The translations under genes were made by a program, and so were the position numbers. Positions 29,905 to 39,359 of a stretch of 64,000 bases of DNA are shown piece by piece. Position 1 is the first letter of the stretch. Each line of letters opens with the position of its first letter. The notes beneath the pieces were generated by a model. The model was given only the letters and a program-made list of their open reading frames with translations. It had not been told where the DNA came from and did no database searches. Location: assembly GCA_913061095.1 (NCBI GenBank), contig CAJXVM010000014.1:16072-80071 (forward strand), in the 5' to 3' direction. The DNA is from an uncultured Ignavibacteria bacterium (lineage in GTDB: Bacteria; Bacteroidota; Ignavibacteria; SZUA-365).

Positions 29905-30468
29905 TTATTCCGTAAATTCTTCGATGTAGGGGGACAGAATCTCGCGGATTTTCTGTTTGGCGCGGAAGATGCGCACTTTCACATTCGAGAGCGAGGAATC
30001 CACGACATCCGCAATCTCCGCATAACTCAGTCCGTCGTATTCCCGGAGCACAAACACTTCCCGATAGTCGTCGGGCAGCATCTCCAGCGCGGTGTTGATC
30101 AGCTGCAGCAGCTCCGATTTTTCATGCGAGGTGGGCTGTACCAGCTTTTGATAATCCTGAAATTCCACCGTGCGCTTCTTGTTCCTGCGCATGTTCAGGC
30201 ACAGGTTCCGGGCGATTTTCAGCAGGAAACCCGGCACATTGGTCATTTCGCGATTTTCTTCCGCGCATTCGAAAAAGCGGATGAAGGTTTCCTGGTACAC
30301 GTCCATCGCCTCGTCGCGATTGCCGAGAAACCGCAGGCAGTAGGCGTACACGCGTCCGCCGTGCCGTGCATACAGCTCGGAAAATGCGGCCTCCGCGACT
30401 TCCTTTTCGCCGGTCAGGCGATAAAACAGGTCAGCGTCCGGCAGAGAATGTTCTTCGTTCCCGGACAT
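29905..30468 (-). CDS. RNA polymerase sigma-70 factor, ECF subfamily
   Basis: Region 2 'DEAMDVYQETFIRFF' and region 4 'LSYAEIADVVDSSLSNVKVRIFRAKQKI'. ATG 30468 gives 187 aa. Confidence 0.9.
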   Translation of the reverse strand: MSGNEEHSLPDADLFYRLTGEKEVAEAAFSELYARHGGRVYAYCLRFLGNRDEAMDVYQETFIRFFECAEENREMTNVPGFLLKIARNLCLNMRRNKKRTVEFQDYQKLVQPTSHEKSELLQLINTALEMLPDDYREVFVLREYDGLSYAEIADVVDSSLSNVKVRIFRAKQKIREILSPYIEEFTE

Positions 30469-30660
30469 GGCGACGGTGTTTTGCGTTCTCGTAACAATAT
30501 GTTCACTCCTCCGTGAGGGGAATGAACCGCGTGCTGAAATATAACACCTGAAATGATCGAAGGTTACAGGTCTTTTTTCTTCCCTCCTCGGATGTTTCTG
30601 CCGCAGAGTGTATTTTTTATGAACATTTGCGACGATTTCCTGTATCTCGAAGGAGGTTTC

Positions 30661-32349
30661 ATGCATCGCATCATGGTAATTCTGGCCGGTGTCGCGCTCG
30701 CGGGGATGCTGGCGTCATGCGGAACGACGGAGAAGGAGAATATGACGGAAGAACTGAAAGGATTCCTGGCGGAATTCGAAAAAACGGTCAAACCACTCAG
30801 CAGGGAGGCCGCGCTGGCGTATTTCGACGCCTCGATTTCCGGAAAGGAAGAGGATTATCAGCGTTCGGCGGATCTCGAGGTGAAGCTGAGCAAGGTGTAT
30901 TCTGATACAAACGATTTCGCGTTGCTCAAACGCATCCACGAGGCGAACGCGATCGATGATCCCATGCTGGCGCGCCAGCTTGAAGTGCTCTACTTCGCCT
31001 ACCTCGAAAAGCAGATCGACGAGCAGCAGCTCGAGGAAATGATCCGCCTGCAGAATGAAAACGAAAAGAAATTTTCCACCTACCGCTCGGTGGTCAACGG
31101 CGAGGAGCTGACCGACAACCAGATCGAGGAAATCCTGCGCAGCTCCACCGACAGCGACGAACTGAAGGCCGCCTGGAAAGCCAGCAAGGAGATCGGTCCG
31201 GTCGTGGCCGACGACGTCATCCGCCTCGTGAAAATGCGCAACGCGGCCGCGCGCGAGCTTGGCTTCGACAACTACCACGCCATGCAGCTCAAACTCAGCG
31301 AACAGGATCCCGAGGAGATCGCTCTGCTCTTCGACGAGCTCGATCAGCTCACGCACGGCACGTTCGAGGACCTCAAGGCGGATATGGATGCGAAGCTCGC
31401 CGAACGATACGGCATCACGGCCGAGGAACTGCGTCCCTGGCATTATCAGAACCGCTTCTTCCAGGAAGCTCCGAAGATCTACGACACGGATCTCGACGTG
31501 TTTTACAGGGACCAGGACATCGTGGCGCTGGCGCGGGATTATTTCGCCGGACTCAACCTCCCGATCGATGACCTGATCGAGAACAGCGACCTCTATGAAA
31601 AGGAAGGAAAATATCAGCACGCCTACTGCACGAACATCGATCGCGAGGGAGATGTGCGCGTAGTGTGCAACATCAAGCCGACCTATGCATGGATGAACAC
31701 CACGCTGCATGAGTACGGCCATGCCGTCTACGACAAATTCAACGACCGTGGCGTGCCCTGGGTGCTGCGCGAGCCCGCGCACACGTTCTGCACCGAGGCC
31801 ATCGCCATGCTCTTCGGACGCATGGCCAGCAATCCCTCATGGCTGACGCAGGCGGCGGGCGTTCCCGCCGACGAGGCGAACGCCGTTGCCGAAGACGCGT
31901 TCAAGGCGCTGCGTCTCGAGCAGCTGGTGTTCAGCCGCTGGGCGCAGGTTATGTACCGCTTCGAAAAGGCCATGTACGAGAATCCCGATCAGGATCTCAA
32001 CGCGCTGTGGTGGGAACTGGTGGAGAAGTACCAGATGATTCGCAGGCCCGAGGGACGCAACGCGCCGGACTGGGCCACGAAGATTCACGTCGCCCTGTAT
32101 CCCGCCTACTATCACAACTACCTGATGGGTGAGCTGCTGGCGTCACAGCTGCATGCGAAAATCTGCCGGGATGTGATCAACAGCGAAAATCCGCGGCTCG
32201 AAGCCTACGTCGGCAATCCCGCCGTCGGGTACTGGCTGCAGGAGAACGTGTTCCGACCGGGTGCCACGATGCACTGGAATGACATGATCGAAAAGGCCAC
32301 CGGCGAAAAGCTCACCGCGAAGTATTACGCGCAGCAGTTCGTGGACTGA
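30661..32349 (+). CDS. Zinc metallopeptidase lipoprotein, M2 (ACE-like)/gluzincin
   Basis: Lipoprotein signal 'MHRIMVILAGVALAGMLASC'. 'TLHEYGHAVYD' (HExxH) plus 'TEAIAMLFG' ~25 aa downstream resembles the ACE 'HEAIGD' third ligand. AAGGAGG RBS. Confidence 0.65.
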   Translation: MHRIMVILAGVALAGMLASCGTTEKENMTEELKGFLAEFEKTVKPLSREAALAYFDASISGKEEDYQRSADLEVKLSKVYSDTNDFALLKRIHEANAIDDPMLARQLEVLYFAYLEKQIDEQQLEEMIRLQNENEKKFSTYRSVVNGEELTDNQIEEILRSSTDSDELKAAWKASKEIGPVVADDVIRLVKMRNAAARELGFDNYHAMQLKLSEQDPEEIALLFDELDQLTHGTFEDLKADMDAKLAERYGITAEELRPWHYQNRFFQEAPKIYDTDLDVFYRDQDIVALARDYFAGLNLPIDDLIENSDLYEKEGKYQHAYCTNIDREGDVRVVCNIKPTYAWMNTTLHEYGHAVYDKFNDRGVPWVLREPAHTFCTEAIAMLFGRMASNPSWLTQAAGVPADEANAVAEDAFKALRLEQLVFSRWAQVMYRFEKAMYENPDQDLNALWWELVEKYQMIRRPEGRNAPDWATKIHVALYPAYYHNYLMGELLASQLHAKICRDVINSENPRLEAYVGNPAVGYWLQENVFRPGATMHWNDMIEKATGEKLTAKYYAQQFVD

Positions 32350-34152
32350 TTACTGCACCAGCAGCATTTTCATGCGGTCGACATCAGCGCCCGACTGCAG
32401 CACGGCGACGTAAAGTCCGGCGGGGAGACCGCGGGCGTCGAAGCGTACCGTGTAGGCGCCGGGCGCGAGCGTGCCGTCGTGCAGCACGGCGACACGGCGG
32501 CCGCGGCTGTCGTACACGGTGAGACGGCTGTGACTGGCGCCGGAGACCCGGAAGGTGATGCCGGCGGAGGAGCTGACCGGGTGCGGCGAGCAGCTCTCCA
32601 GCGCGACGGTGTGCGCTGCGGGGGGGGCGGTCGCGGAGACGGGACGGTTGTCGAGCACATTGAACTCGATATACGACGGGGTGACACCGCCGAACACGAA
32701 AGTGTTCGTCGAATTGTCGACCGGACCGAGCGGAAAATTGCCGAAGTTGTTGTCGGTGTCCGGCAGCAACGCGATGCCGCCGTGCACGCGCGCCTCGAGG
32801 ACATGTCCCGCGGGCACGGTGTGCAGCACGGCGTTCATTTCCATTTGCAGCGGTCCCTCCGAACCCGCCTGCTGCGCGTGACAGCGCGTCAGGGGGATTT
32901 TGGTATTGGTCGTAGGATCCACGTCGTAGAGCACGACATTCATCTGATACTGCGAGCCGGTGCCGCTCGCAAGGATCACCGCCTGCGCCGGGGCGGGCGC
33001 GATGGTCATGTCTTCGGTGATAGGCGGACTGCGAAACACCTGCGGCGCGGAGCCGAGCAGGTTGACATAGTTGATCTGCCGTTCGCCCTGCACCATCTGC
33101 GGCGTCAGTGAAAGTCCTTCATCGGTGAAGAACCAAGTCATTTCCTTCAGGTCCGACGGTCGCGGCTCGGGATTGTGCGTCAGCCAGTACTTCTCTTCGT
33201 CCACCCCGAACACGCGCATCTCCTCATTCCCCGCATCAAAAAACACAACCGCGCTGTCGGATGAAGCGACGGCCGCATATCCCTCATTATCCTGCAGCCA
33301 GTACGCGAACCATCGCGCGACGACATCCATCACGTAATTCTCCTGTGCCGGGATATTCGGCAGGCTGTGTCCCGCGGGATAGAGAATGATGCGCTTCGCC
33401 GAGGGCACGGCGGCAAACTGACGCAGGGCGGCGTTCTGATCAAAGAAGCCATCGTAGTAGCTCACGATGGAGAGCACGGGCGTGCTGACCGAGGATTCGA
33501 GTTCACGCGTGGAGGCGTCGGTGAGGAAGTCGCGCACATAGCTGAAGTCGCCGCTTTCCCGGGCGCGCGTGATGGAGTCGAGCACGGAGGGATCGAAGTT
33601 TACGCTGGGCGACAGCGATGCGGCGGCGAAGGTCCAGTTCAGCGCGCCGTCTTCGAGCCAGTTTTCGCGGAAGCGGCCGTTGGCCACGATGGAGATGACC
33701 GCGCGCACGCCCATGTCGTATGCGGCGGCATTCCATGCATGGATGCCGCCCTGCGAGCCGCCCATGACGCCGATGCGCTCGGGATTGACGCCCGGCAGCG
33801 CGCGGGTGAATTCCACCATCGCGCGGAGGTCGGCGATGATGCGCTCGGATGTGAAGAAGTCGAACATCCCTCCGGAGGCGCCCTGTCCGCGGACGCTGTA
33901 CGCGGTTGCCGCGTAGCCCTCCAGCGCGAAGCTGCGGGCGAGGCTCGCATTGTTGTTCTTCGATCCGCCAAAGCCGTGGACGAGAAGGACGGCGGGATAT
34001 CCGCCGGAGGGTGGTGGCGTGTCGGGGAGCACGTAGAAGGCGTCGAGCACGACGTCGTCACTCATGGTCAGTGTCGTATCACGCAGATTCTGTGCCTGTG
34101 TGATGATCGGAAGCAGTGCGAGGATAAGGAAAGCCAGGCGAAAGTACTTCAT
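32350..34152 (-). CDS. Alpha/beta hydrolase, CocE/NonD (S15 X-Pro dipeptidyl-peptidase-like) with T9SS C-terminal sorting domain
   Basis: Signal peptide. 'LLVHGFGGS', nucleophile elbow 'MGGSQGG', and a C-terminal beta-sandwich. The tail 'LTVYDSRGRRVAVL...LPAGLYVAVL' is CTD-like. Confidence 0.75.
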   Translation of the reverse strand: MKYFRLAFLILALLPIITQAQNLRDTTLTMSDDVVLDAFYVLPDTPPPSGGYPAVLLVHGFGGSKNNNASLARSFALEGYAATAYSVRGQGASGGMFDFFTSERIIADLRAMVEFTRALPGVNPERIGVMGGSQGGIHAWNAAAYDMGVRAVISIVANGRFRENWLEDGALNWTFAAASLSPSVNFDPSVLDSITRARESGDFSYVRDFLTDASTRELESSVSTPVLSIVSYYDGFFDQNAALRQFAAVPSAKRIILYPAGHSLPNIPAQENYVMDVVARWFAYWLQDNEGYAAVASSDSAVVFFDAGNEEMRVFGVDEEKYWLTHNPEPRPSDLKEMTWFFTDEGLSLTPQMVQGERQINYVNLLGSAPQVFRSPPITEDMTIAPAPAQAVILASGTGSQYQMNVVLYDVDPTTNTKIPLTRCHAQQAGSEGPLQMEMNAVLHTVPAGHVLEARVHGGIALLPDTDNNFGNFPLGPVDNSTNTFVFGGVTPSYIEFNVLDNRPVSATAPPAAHTVALESCSPHPVSSSAGITFRVSGASHSRLTVYDSRGRRVAVLHDGTLAPGAYTVRFDARGLPAGLYVAVLQSGADVDRMKMLLVQ

Positions 34153-34319
34153 GATATATGCCGATAGTCGATCCGGATGTCTTGTTTATGAAAGGAATAT
34201 ACGGAATTCTCTGCGGTGAGGGGAGTGCCGCGTTGCCGCCCGCACGGGATTTTCCTTATCTTGCGTGACGCGGCCGCGCGCCGCTGAATGTGATTCCGCG
34301 ATTTACTGGAGGTATGTTC

Positions 34320-36452
34320 ATGTCCCGCCGATTCGGTTTCCTCACCTCGATTCTTCTTTCCCTCTTTCTGTTTGTCACGCTGACCGCTGATGAGGGGATG
34401 TATCCGCTCAGCGAGATCTCCCGTCTGGATCTTGAATCCAAGGGACTCGAAATCCCCGTCTCCGAGATTTACAATCCCGACGGGGTCAGCCTGGTCGATG
34501 CCATCTGCCAGGTCGGCGGCGGCACGGGCGAATTCGTTTCTCCCGACGGTCTCATCCTCACGAATCATCACATCGCGTACGCGGGAGTCGTCGCCGCAAG
34601 CACGCCCGAGCGCGATTATCTGCGTGAGGGATTCACGGCCGCTTCCCGCGCCGAGGAGATTCCGGCCGAGGGATACATCTGCCGCATCACCGAGGATTAC
34701 CGCGACGTGTCGGAGGATGTGCTGAGCGTGGTGACCGATGAGATGACACCCGCCGAGCGCAGTGACGCCATCCGCGAGAAGATGAAGGCGATCGCTGAGG
34801 CCGAGGAGGCCGGACGCGAGAATATTTCCTGCGAAGTATCGGAAATGTTTCCCGGAAAGAGCTACGTGCTGTTCACCTACCGCATCATCCGCGACGTGCG
34901 CCTGGTGTACGTGCCGCCTCTGAGTGTGGGGAATTACGGCGGGGAGATCGACAACTGGATCTGGCCGCGGCACACGGGCGACTTCTCCTTCATGCGCGCC
35001 TACACCGCTCCCGACGGCAGCACGGCCGCCTACTCCGAAGACAACGTGCCCTTCAAGCCGAAGCGCTACATCAAGGTGGCGCCGGAGGGTGTTTCGGAGG
35101 GCGACTTCGTGTTCATCCTCGGATACCCGGGCCGCACATACCGGCACAAGACCTCGGATTATATCGCGCTGTACGAGCGCACCATCCTGCCCTACCTCTC
35201 CGACCGCTACGACTACATGATCGAGACGCTCGAAGAGGCGTCGAAAGAGGATCGCGCATTGCAGCTGGAATTCGCGAACATGATCAAGGGACTCGCGAAT
35301 GCGACGAAGAATTACAAGGGGAAGATTCAGGGACTGCGCCGGCTCGACCTCGCCGAGAAGCGGCGCGCCGAGGAGGCGCAGCTGCAGCAGTTCATCGAAA
35401 ACGACGGCAAGCTGAACGAGTCCTACGGCAATACGCTCGAGGAACTGCGCGGCGTGTACCGCGACTACGAGGCATCATCCCTGCAGGAAATCATCGTCAC
35501 GCTGCTCGGGCGCAACGGCTACTACAATCTGTTCAATTCCATTCTCTCGACGATGGAGAAGGGAGACCTGAACGCTGAGCGTGAGCAGCGTCTGGAGGAA
35601 GTGATCGCGCGGCAGTATGAGGCGATGACGCCTGCAGTGGAGCAGGATTTTCTCGCGACGCTGATCTGGGATTTCCACACGCTGTCGAAGGAGCGGCAGC
35701 CGGATGTGATCGCCACGCTGATCGGCGGGCACGGGGATGACCGCGGTGAGGCGCTGGATGCGATTCATGCTGCGTTCAAGGAGAGCGCCCTGTCCTCCCC
35801 CGAAGGCGTGACACGCATCGCGAAGCAGGATCTCGATGCCATCAGGGCGTCGAAGGATCCGTTCATTGAACTGGCCCTTGAGTTGCGCGAACTGAACAAG
35901 GAGATCATCGAGCGCCGCCGCACGCGCGACGGTGAGCTGAAGCGTCTCGAAGCGGCATATATCGACGCGAAGATGGCGTGGCAGAAGAAGGACTTCATTC
36001 CCGACGCGAACAGCACGCTGCGTCTCACCTACGGGTACATCCGCGGGTATGCGCCTGCCGATGCGACCTATTACTCGCCGCAGACCTCGCTGAAGGGTGT
36101 GATCGAGAAGAACACCGGCGAGCGTCCCTTCGACGCCCCGGATCAGCTCGTGGAGCTGTACAACACCGGGAATTACGACACGTCGCTCGAGGACGAGCTG
36201 CTCGGTGACATCCCCGTCGGCATGCTCTACAACATGGATACCACGGGCGGCAACTCCGGGAGTCCGGTACTGAACGCCCGCGGAGAGCTGGTCGGCGTGA
36301 ACTTCGACCGCGCTTTCGAGGCGACGGTGAACGACTATCAGTGGAGCGAGGAGTACAGCCGCTCGATCGGAGTGGACATCCGCTACGTGCTCTTCATCGC
36401 GAAGCATCTCGGCCGCGCGGATTTCCTGCTCGACGAGCTCGGCGTCAACTGA
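34320..36452 (+). CDS. S46 family dipeptidyl-peptidase (DPP7/DPP11-like)
   Basis: Signal peptide, then 'DEGMYP', catalytic His region 'LILTNHHIAY', and Ser region 'TGGNSGSPVLNARGELVGVNFDR'. ~710 aa. Confidence 0.9.
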   Translation: MSRRFGFLTSILLSLFLFVTLTADEGMYPLSEISRLDLESKGLEIPVSEIYNPDGVSLVDAICQVGGGTGEFVSPDGLILTNHHIAYAGVVAASTPERDYLREGFTAASRAEEIPAEGYICRITEDYRDVSEDVLSVVTDEMTPAERSDAIREKMKAIAEAEEAGRENISCEVSEMFPGKSYVLFTYRIIRDVRLVYVPPLSVGNYGGEIDNWIWPRHTGDFSFMRAYTAPDGSTAAYSEDNVPFKPKRYIKVAPEGVSEGDFVFILGYPGRTYRHKTSDYIALYERTILPYLSDRYDYMIETLEEASKEDRALQLEFANMIKGLANATKNYKGKIQGLRRLDLAEKRRAEEAQLQQFIENDGKLNESYGNTLEELRGVYRDYEASSLQEIIVTLLGRNGYYNLFNSILSTMEKGDLNAEREQRLEEVIARQYEAMTPAVEQDFLATLIWDFHTLSKERQPDVIATLIGGHGDDRGEALDAIHAAFKESALSSPEGVTRIAKQDLDAIRASKDPFIELALELRELNKEIIERRRTRDGELKRLEAAYIDAKMAWQKKDFIPDANSTLRLTYGYIRGYAPADATYYSPQTSLKGVIEKNTGERPFDAPDQLVELYNTGNYDTSLEDELLGDIPVGMLYNMDTTGGNSGSPVLNARGELVGVNFDRAFEATVNDYQWSEEYSRSIGVDIRYVLFIAKHLGRADFLLDELGVN

Positions 36453-36464
36453 TCCTCGCGCCGG

Positions 36465-37241
36465 ATGAACATCATCGTCCTCAATTCGGGCAGCAACGGC
36501 AACGCCGTGTACGTGGAGTCGCCGGAGAGCGGCTCCGCGGTGCTGCTGGACTGCGGCATCTCGCGTCGGCAGATCGAGCTGCGCCTGAAGGTGCATGGCC
36601 GGCATCCACAGAGCCTGCGGGCCGTGTTCATCACGCATGAGCACGCCGATCATGTGCGCGGTCTGCCCGTGCTGACCAAGCTCTATCATATTCCCACCTG
36701 GCTCACCGAGCCAACGTTCCGCCGCATGCACCGCAACCGTCCCTGGCGCGGGCACCGCTTCATGGGCAACAGTGACACGGTCACCGTGGATGATATCACG
36801 GTGCAGGCGTATCCCAAGTCACACGACGCCTCCGATCCCGTGTACTTCGTGGTCTCGATCGGTGAACGGCGGTTTCTTTACGTTACGGATCTCGGCGAGC
36901 ACGACGACTCGGTCGCCGCGGTCCTGTCCGACGTCGATGCAGCGCTGATCGAAAGTAATTACGATGAGGGGATGCTCGAGACCGGTCCCTATCCGGAGTA
37001 TCTCAAGGCGCGCATCCGTGCCGCGCACGGACATCTATCCAACCTGCAGGCGGTGGATCTCATCCGCCGCCATGCCAACGGGCGCCTGCGCACACTCATT
37101 CTCGGCCATCTCAGTGAAAACAACAACACGCCGGAGATCGTCCGGCGTGAAATGGATATGCTATTGGAAGAGCGGGGGGATTTTCGTCCCCGCGTCGTGA
37201 TCGCGTCGCGGTATACGGTGGGAGATGTGTTGAGCGTATAG
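36465..37241 (+). CDS. MBL-fold metallo-hydrolase
   Basis: 'VLLDCG' and 'ITHEHADHVRG' (HxHxDH). 258 aa. Lies 12 nt after the S46 gene. Confidence 0.8.
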   Translation: MNIIVLNSGSNGNAVYVESPESGSAVLLDCGISRRQIELRLKVHGRHPQSLRAVFITHEHADHVRGLPVLTKLYHIPTWLTEPTFRRMHRNRPWRGHRFMGNSDTVTVDDITVQAYPKSHDASDPVYFVVSIGERRFLYVTDLGEHDDSVAAVLSDVDAALIESNYDEGMLETGPYPEYLKARIRAAHGHLSNLQAVDLIRRHANGRLRTLILGHLSENNNTPEIVRREMDMLLEERGDFRPRVVIASRYTVGDVLSV

Positions 37242-37243
37242 GT

Positions 37244-38077
37244 TTACAAATACGACTTCTTCATTTCGAGTTCCTGGGTGAGGCGATCCATGCCGTCGGT
37301 GCCGAGCGCGCGTTCGCTGGTAACCGACGTGCCGGGAGTGACGACCTGGACGGTGGCGCGGGAGTAGTCGCGGAGTCCGTGACGCCAGGAACTGTCTTCG
37401 GCATCGGCGACAGGAGCGCTGTCGGAGCGCGTGTCGTCGATCTGCTGGCGCAGCCGCAGGATTGCCGTTTCCTTCTTTTCGGCAAGCAGGCGGTGGATGC
37501 TTTTCGCGGCGGCGACCTTCTCTTCCATCTGGCGCTGGATCTCGCGGATCTTGCTTTCGGAAGCGACGGTCCGCGCCATGAGATAATCCTCGAAGCGGGT
37601 CATGACTTCCTCGTACTCCTGCTGCACGCGCGCGAGTTCGAGACGCGAGTGCCAGTAATTCTCCGGATCCGCGGAGAGCAGGTAGTAGAACGGAACGGAA
37701 AGGCGGAAATCACGGGGGAGTCCTTTGACGGTTGCATACCCCGCGGGAAATTCCGTCTTCATGGCGCTGCGCAGCGCGGCGTCATCAAAGGCCTCCAGGC
37801 CGGAGCTGACGGAGATCTCGCTGAACACAACTTCTCCCTCGGAGGTGACATACATTGTCACTTCCACAACGCCCTCGATACCGCGGTTGAGCTGTTCCTC
37901 CGGGTAATCCGGCAGCATGAATTCGGGCTGCGCGGCGGATGTGAACCGAATCTCCTCCGTTTCTTCGGGAAGCGTGAACAACGGAGGAATGAAGCCGCGT
38001 GACTTCATGGAAGACTGCGCCAGGACGGTCGACGCGGCGAGGACAAGTAGGATCAGGGAGAAGGAGGTACGCTGCAT
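37244..38077 (-). CDS. Secreted protein with TonB C-terminal-type domain followed by a coiled-coil region
   Basis: Signal peptide 'LILLVLAASTVLAQ'. 'PDYPEEQLNRGIEGVVEVTMYVTSEGEVVFSEISVSSGLEAFDDAALRSAMKTEF' is TonB_C-like. The C-terminal half is heptad-like and charged. Confidence 0.6.
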   Translation of the reverse strand: MQRTSFSLILLVLAASTVLAQSSMKSRGFIPPLFTLPEETEEIRFTSAAQPEFMLPDYPEEQLNRGIEGVVEVTMYVTSEGEVVFSEISVSSGLEAFDDAALRSAMKTEFPAGYATVKGLPRDFRLSVPFYYLLSADPENYWHSRLELARVQQEYEEVMTRFEDYLMARTVASESKIREIQRQMEEKVAAAKSIHRLLAEKKETAILRLRQQIDDTRSDSAPVADAEDSSWRHGLRDYSRATVQVVTPGTSVTSERALGTDGMDRLTQELEMKKSYL

Positions 38078-38444
38078 AGAACCTCTTCATGTGTCTATGT
38101 GAGACGGCAGACAATGGTACAAAAGCCTACTGTACCGGTCCATGCAGATTACGAGTATTTTGTTAGAAATGCAATACCCGATACGCTTCCGAGCCTGATT
38201 TTTCAGTGTTTTCGGAGCTTTTTCCTGTACGTGGGTGTGAATATTTATCACGCATCGGCGGAAGTTATCTTCAACGTTGTCCATATTATCCCTTGTCCCA
38301 CGACGGGAGGAACGGCGTTTTCTCATGACAGGGGATACGGAAACGAAAGCCGGTGTGCACCGCAGGGGGGGCGTCAGGACTGCTGCGGATCAGAAAGCCG
38401 ACGATGCGTCAGGATGGCTGTTGATCACTCGGTCGTGGCGTGCG

Positions 38445-39227
38445 TCAGGATGGTTGTTGATCCGCTGTCTGTCTGCGGGTGATCAGCCAGACGCCGAAGG
38501 CTACGAGTGGAATGCTCAGCAGTTGTCCCATGGTGATCGGCATGGAGGGATCGAGGGTGGACTGCCCCGTCTTGAAGAATTCCAGGATGAAGCGCATCGA
38601 GAACAGCATGGTCAGCATGCTGCCGGTCAGACGACCGGGACGCGCTCCGAGGGATTTCCGGTACAGTGTGAGCATAACAAGAAAGATGATCAGGTAGGTC
38701 AGGGCTTCGTAGAGCTGCACGGGGTGACGGGGCACCATATCGACACGTGAAAATATGACTGCCCAGGGAAGGTCAGTGGGGAGGCCCAGGATTTCCGAGT
38801 TGATGAAGTTGCCGAGACGCACGAAGATCGCCGCGAGCGGAATGACGACGGATACACGGTCGGCGACCCATATGAACGAAGTCCCCTTCGTGCGCCGCGC
38901 GAACAAGAGCAGCGCAATGATAATGCCTGCGGCAGCGCCGTGGCTCGCAAGTCCTCCTTCCCAGACCTTCAGAATTTCGATGGGATGGGTCAGGTAGAAT
39001 TCAGGACTGTAGAAAAGACAGTGTCCGAGCCGCGCGCCCGCGACGACACCGACGAAGACGTACAGGAAGAGACGGTTCAGCAGGTCGTCGCTTTTGTTCT
39101 CCCTGCGGAAAATCCAGACCATGATCGCGAAACTCGACAGGAAGGCGAGCGAGAAGAGAAGACCGTACCAGCGGACGTGAAATGTTCCGAAAGAGAAAAG
39201 CTCGGGATCGACGTTCCAGGTGAACAT
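38445..39227 (-). CDS. lgt: Prolipoprotein diacylglyceryl transferase
   Basis: 'FHVRWYGLLFSLAF', 'GLASHGAA', 'RLGNFINSEILG' and 'HPVQLYEAL' are Lgt signatures. Confidence 0.9.
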   Translation of the reverse strand: MFTWNVDPELFSFGTFHVRWYGLLFSLAFLSSFAIMVWIFRRENKSDDLLNRLFLYVFVGVVAGARLGHCLFYSPEFYLTHPIEILKVWEGGLASHGAAAGIIIALLLFARRTKGTSFIWVADRVSVVIPLAAIFVRLGNFINSEILGLPTDLPWAVIFSRVDMVPRHPVQLYEALTYLIIFLVMLTLYRKSLGARPGRLTGSMLTMLFSMRFILEFFKTGQSTLDPSMPITMGQLLSIPLVAFGVWLITRRQTADQQPS

Positions 39228-39359
39228 GTCAGCAGTCTTTCGTGTGCGTTATCGGTTGCGCGGATAGATCCGCATCTTCCAAGTATACGAAAATTCCCGA
39301 GCAGTACGCAGTGGGCAGTAGGCAGGAAGCAGGATTCAGCAGGCAGGATGTGCTCATGA

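Noticed and set aside
32620-32627. G8 homopolymer as a possible phase-variation tract
   Set aside because: It lies in frame within the CocE-like CDS (encodes Pro-Pro). It is short for slipped-strand switching, and nothing else suggests contingency regulation.
38078-38444. 368-nt AT-richer spacer examined for an RNA gene (tRNA, tmRNA, SRP RNA, RNase P, 6S) and for the 79-aa and 127-aa ORFs in the track
   Set aside because: No conserved RNA motifs were recognised (no T-loop, no SRP 'GGAA' helix-8 core, no RNase P 'GAGGAAAGUCC'). The ORFs have no RBS or motifs. The region is better explained as the lgt terminator (hairpin 38359-38390) plus the promoter of the TonB_C-like gene. A small RNA cannot be excluded without covariance-model searches.
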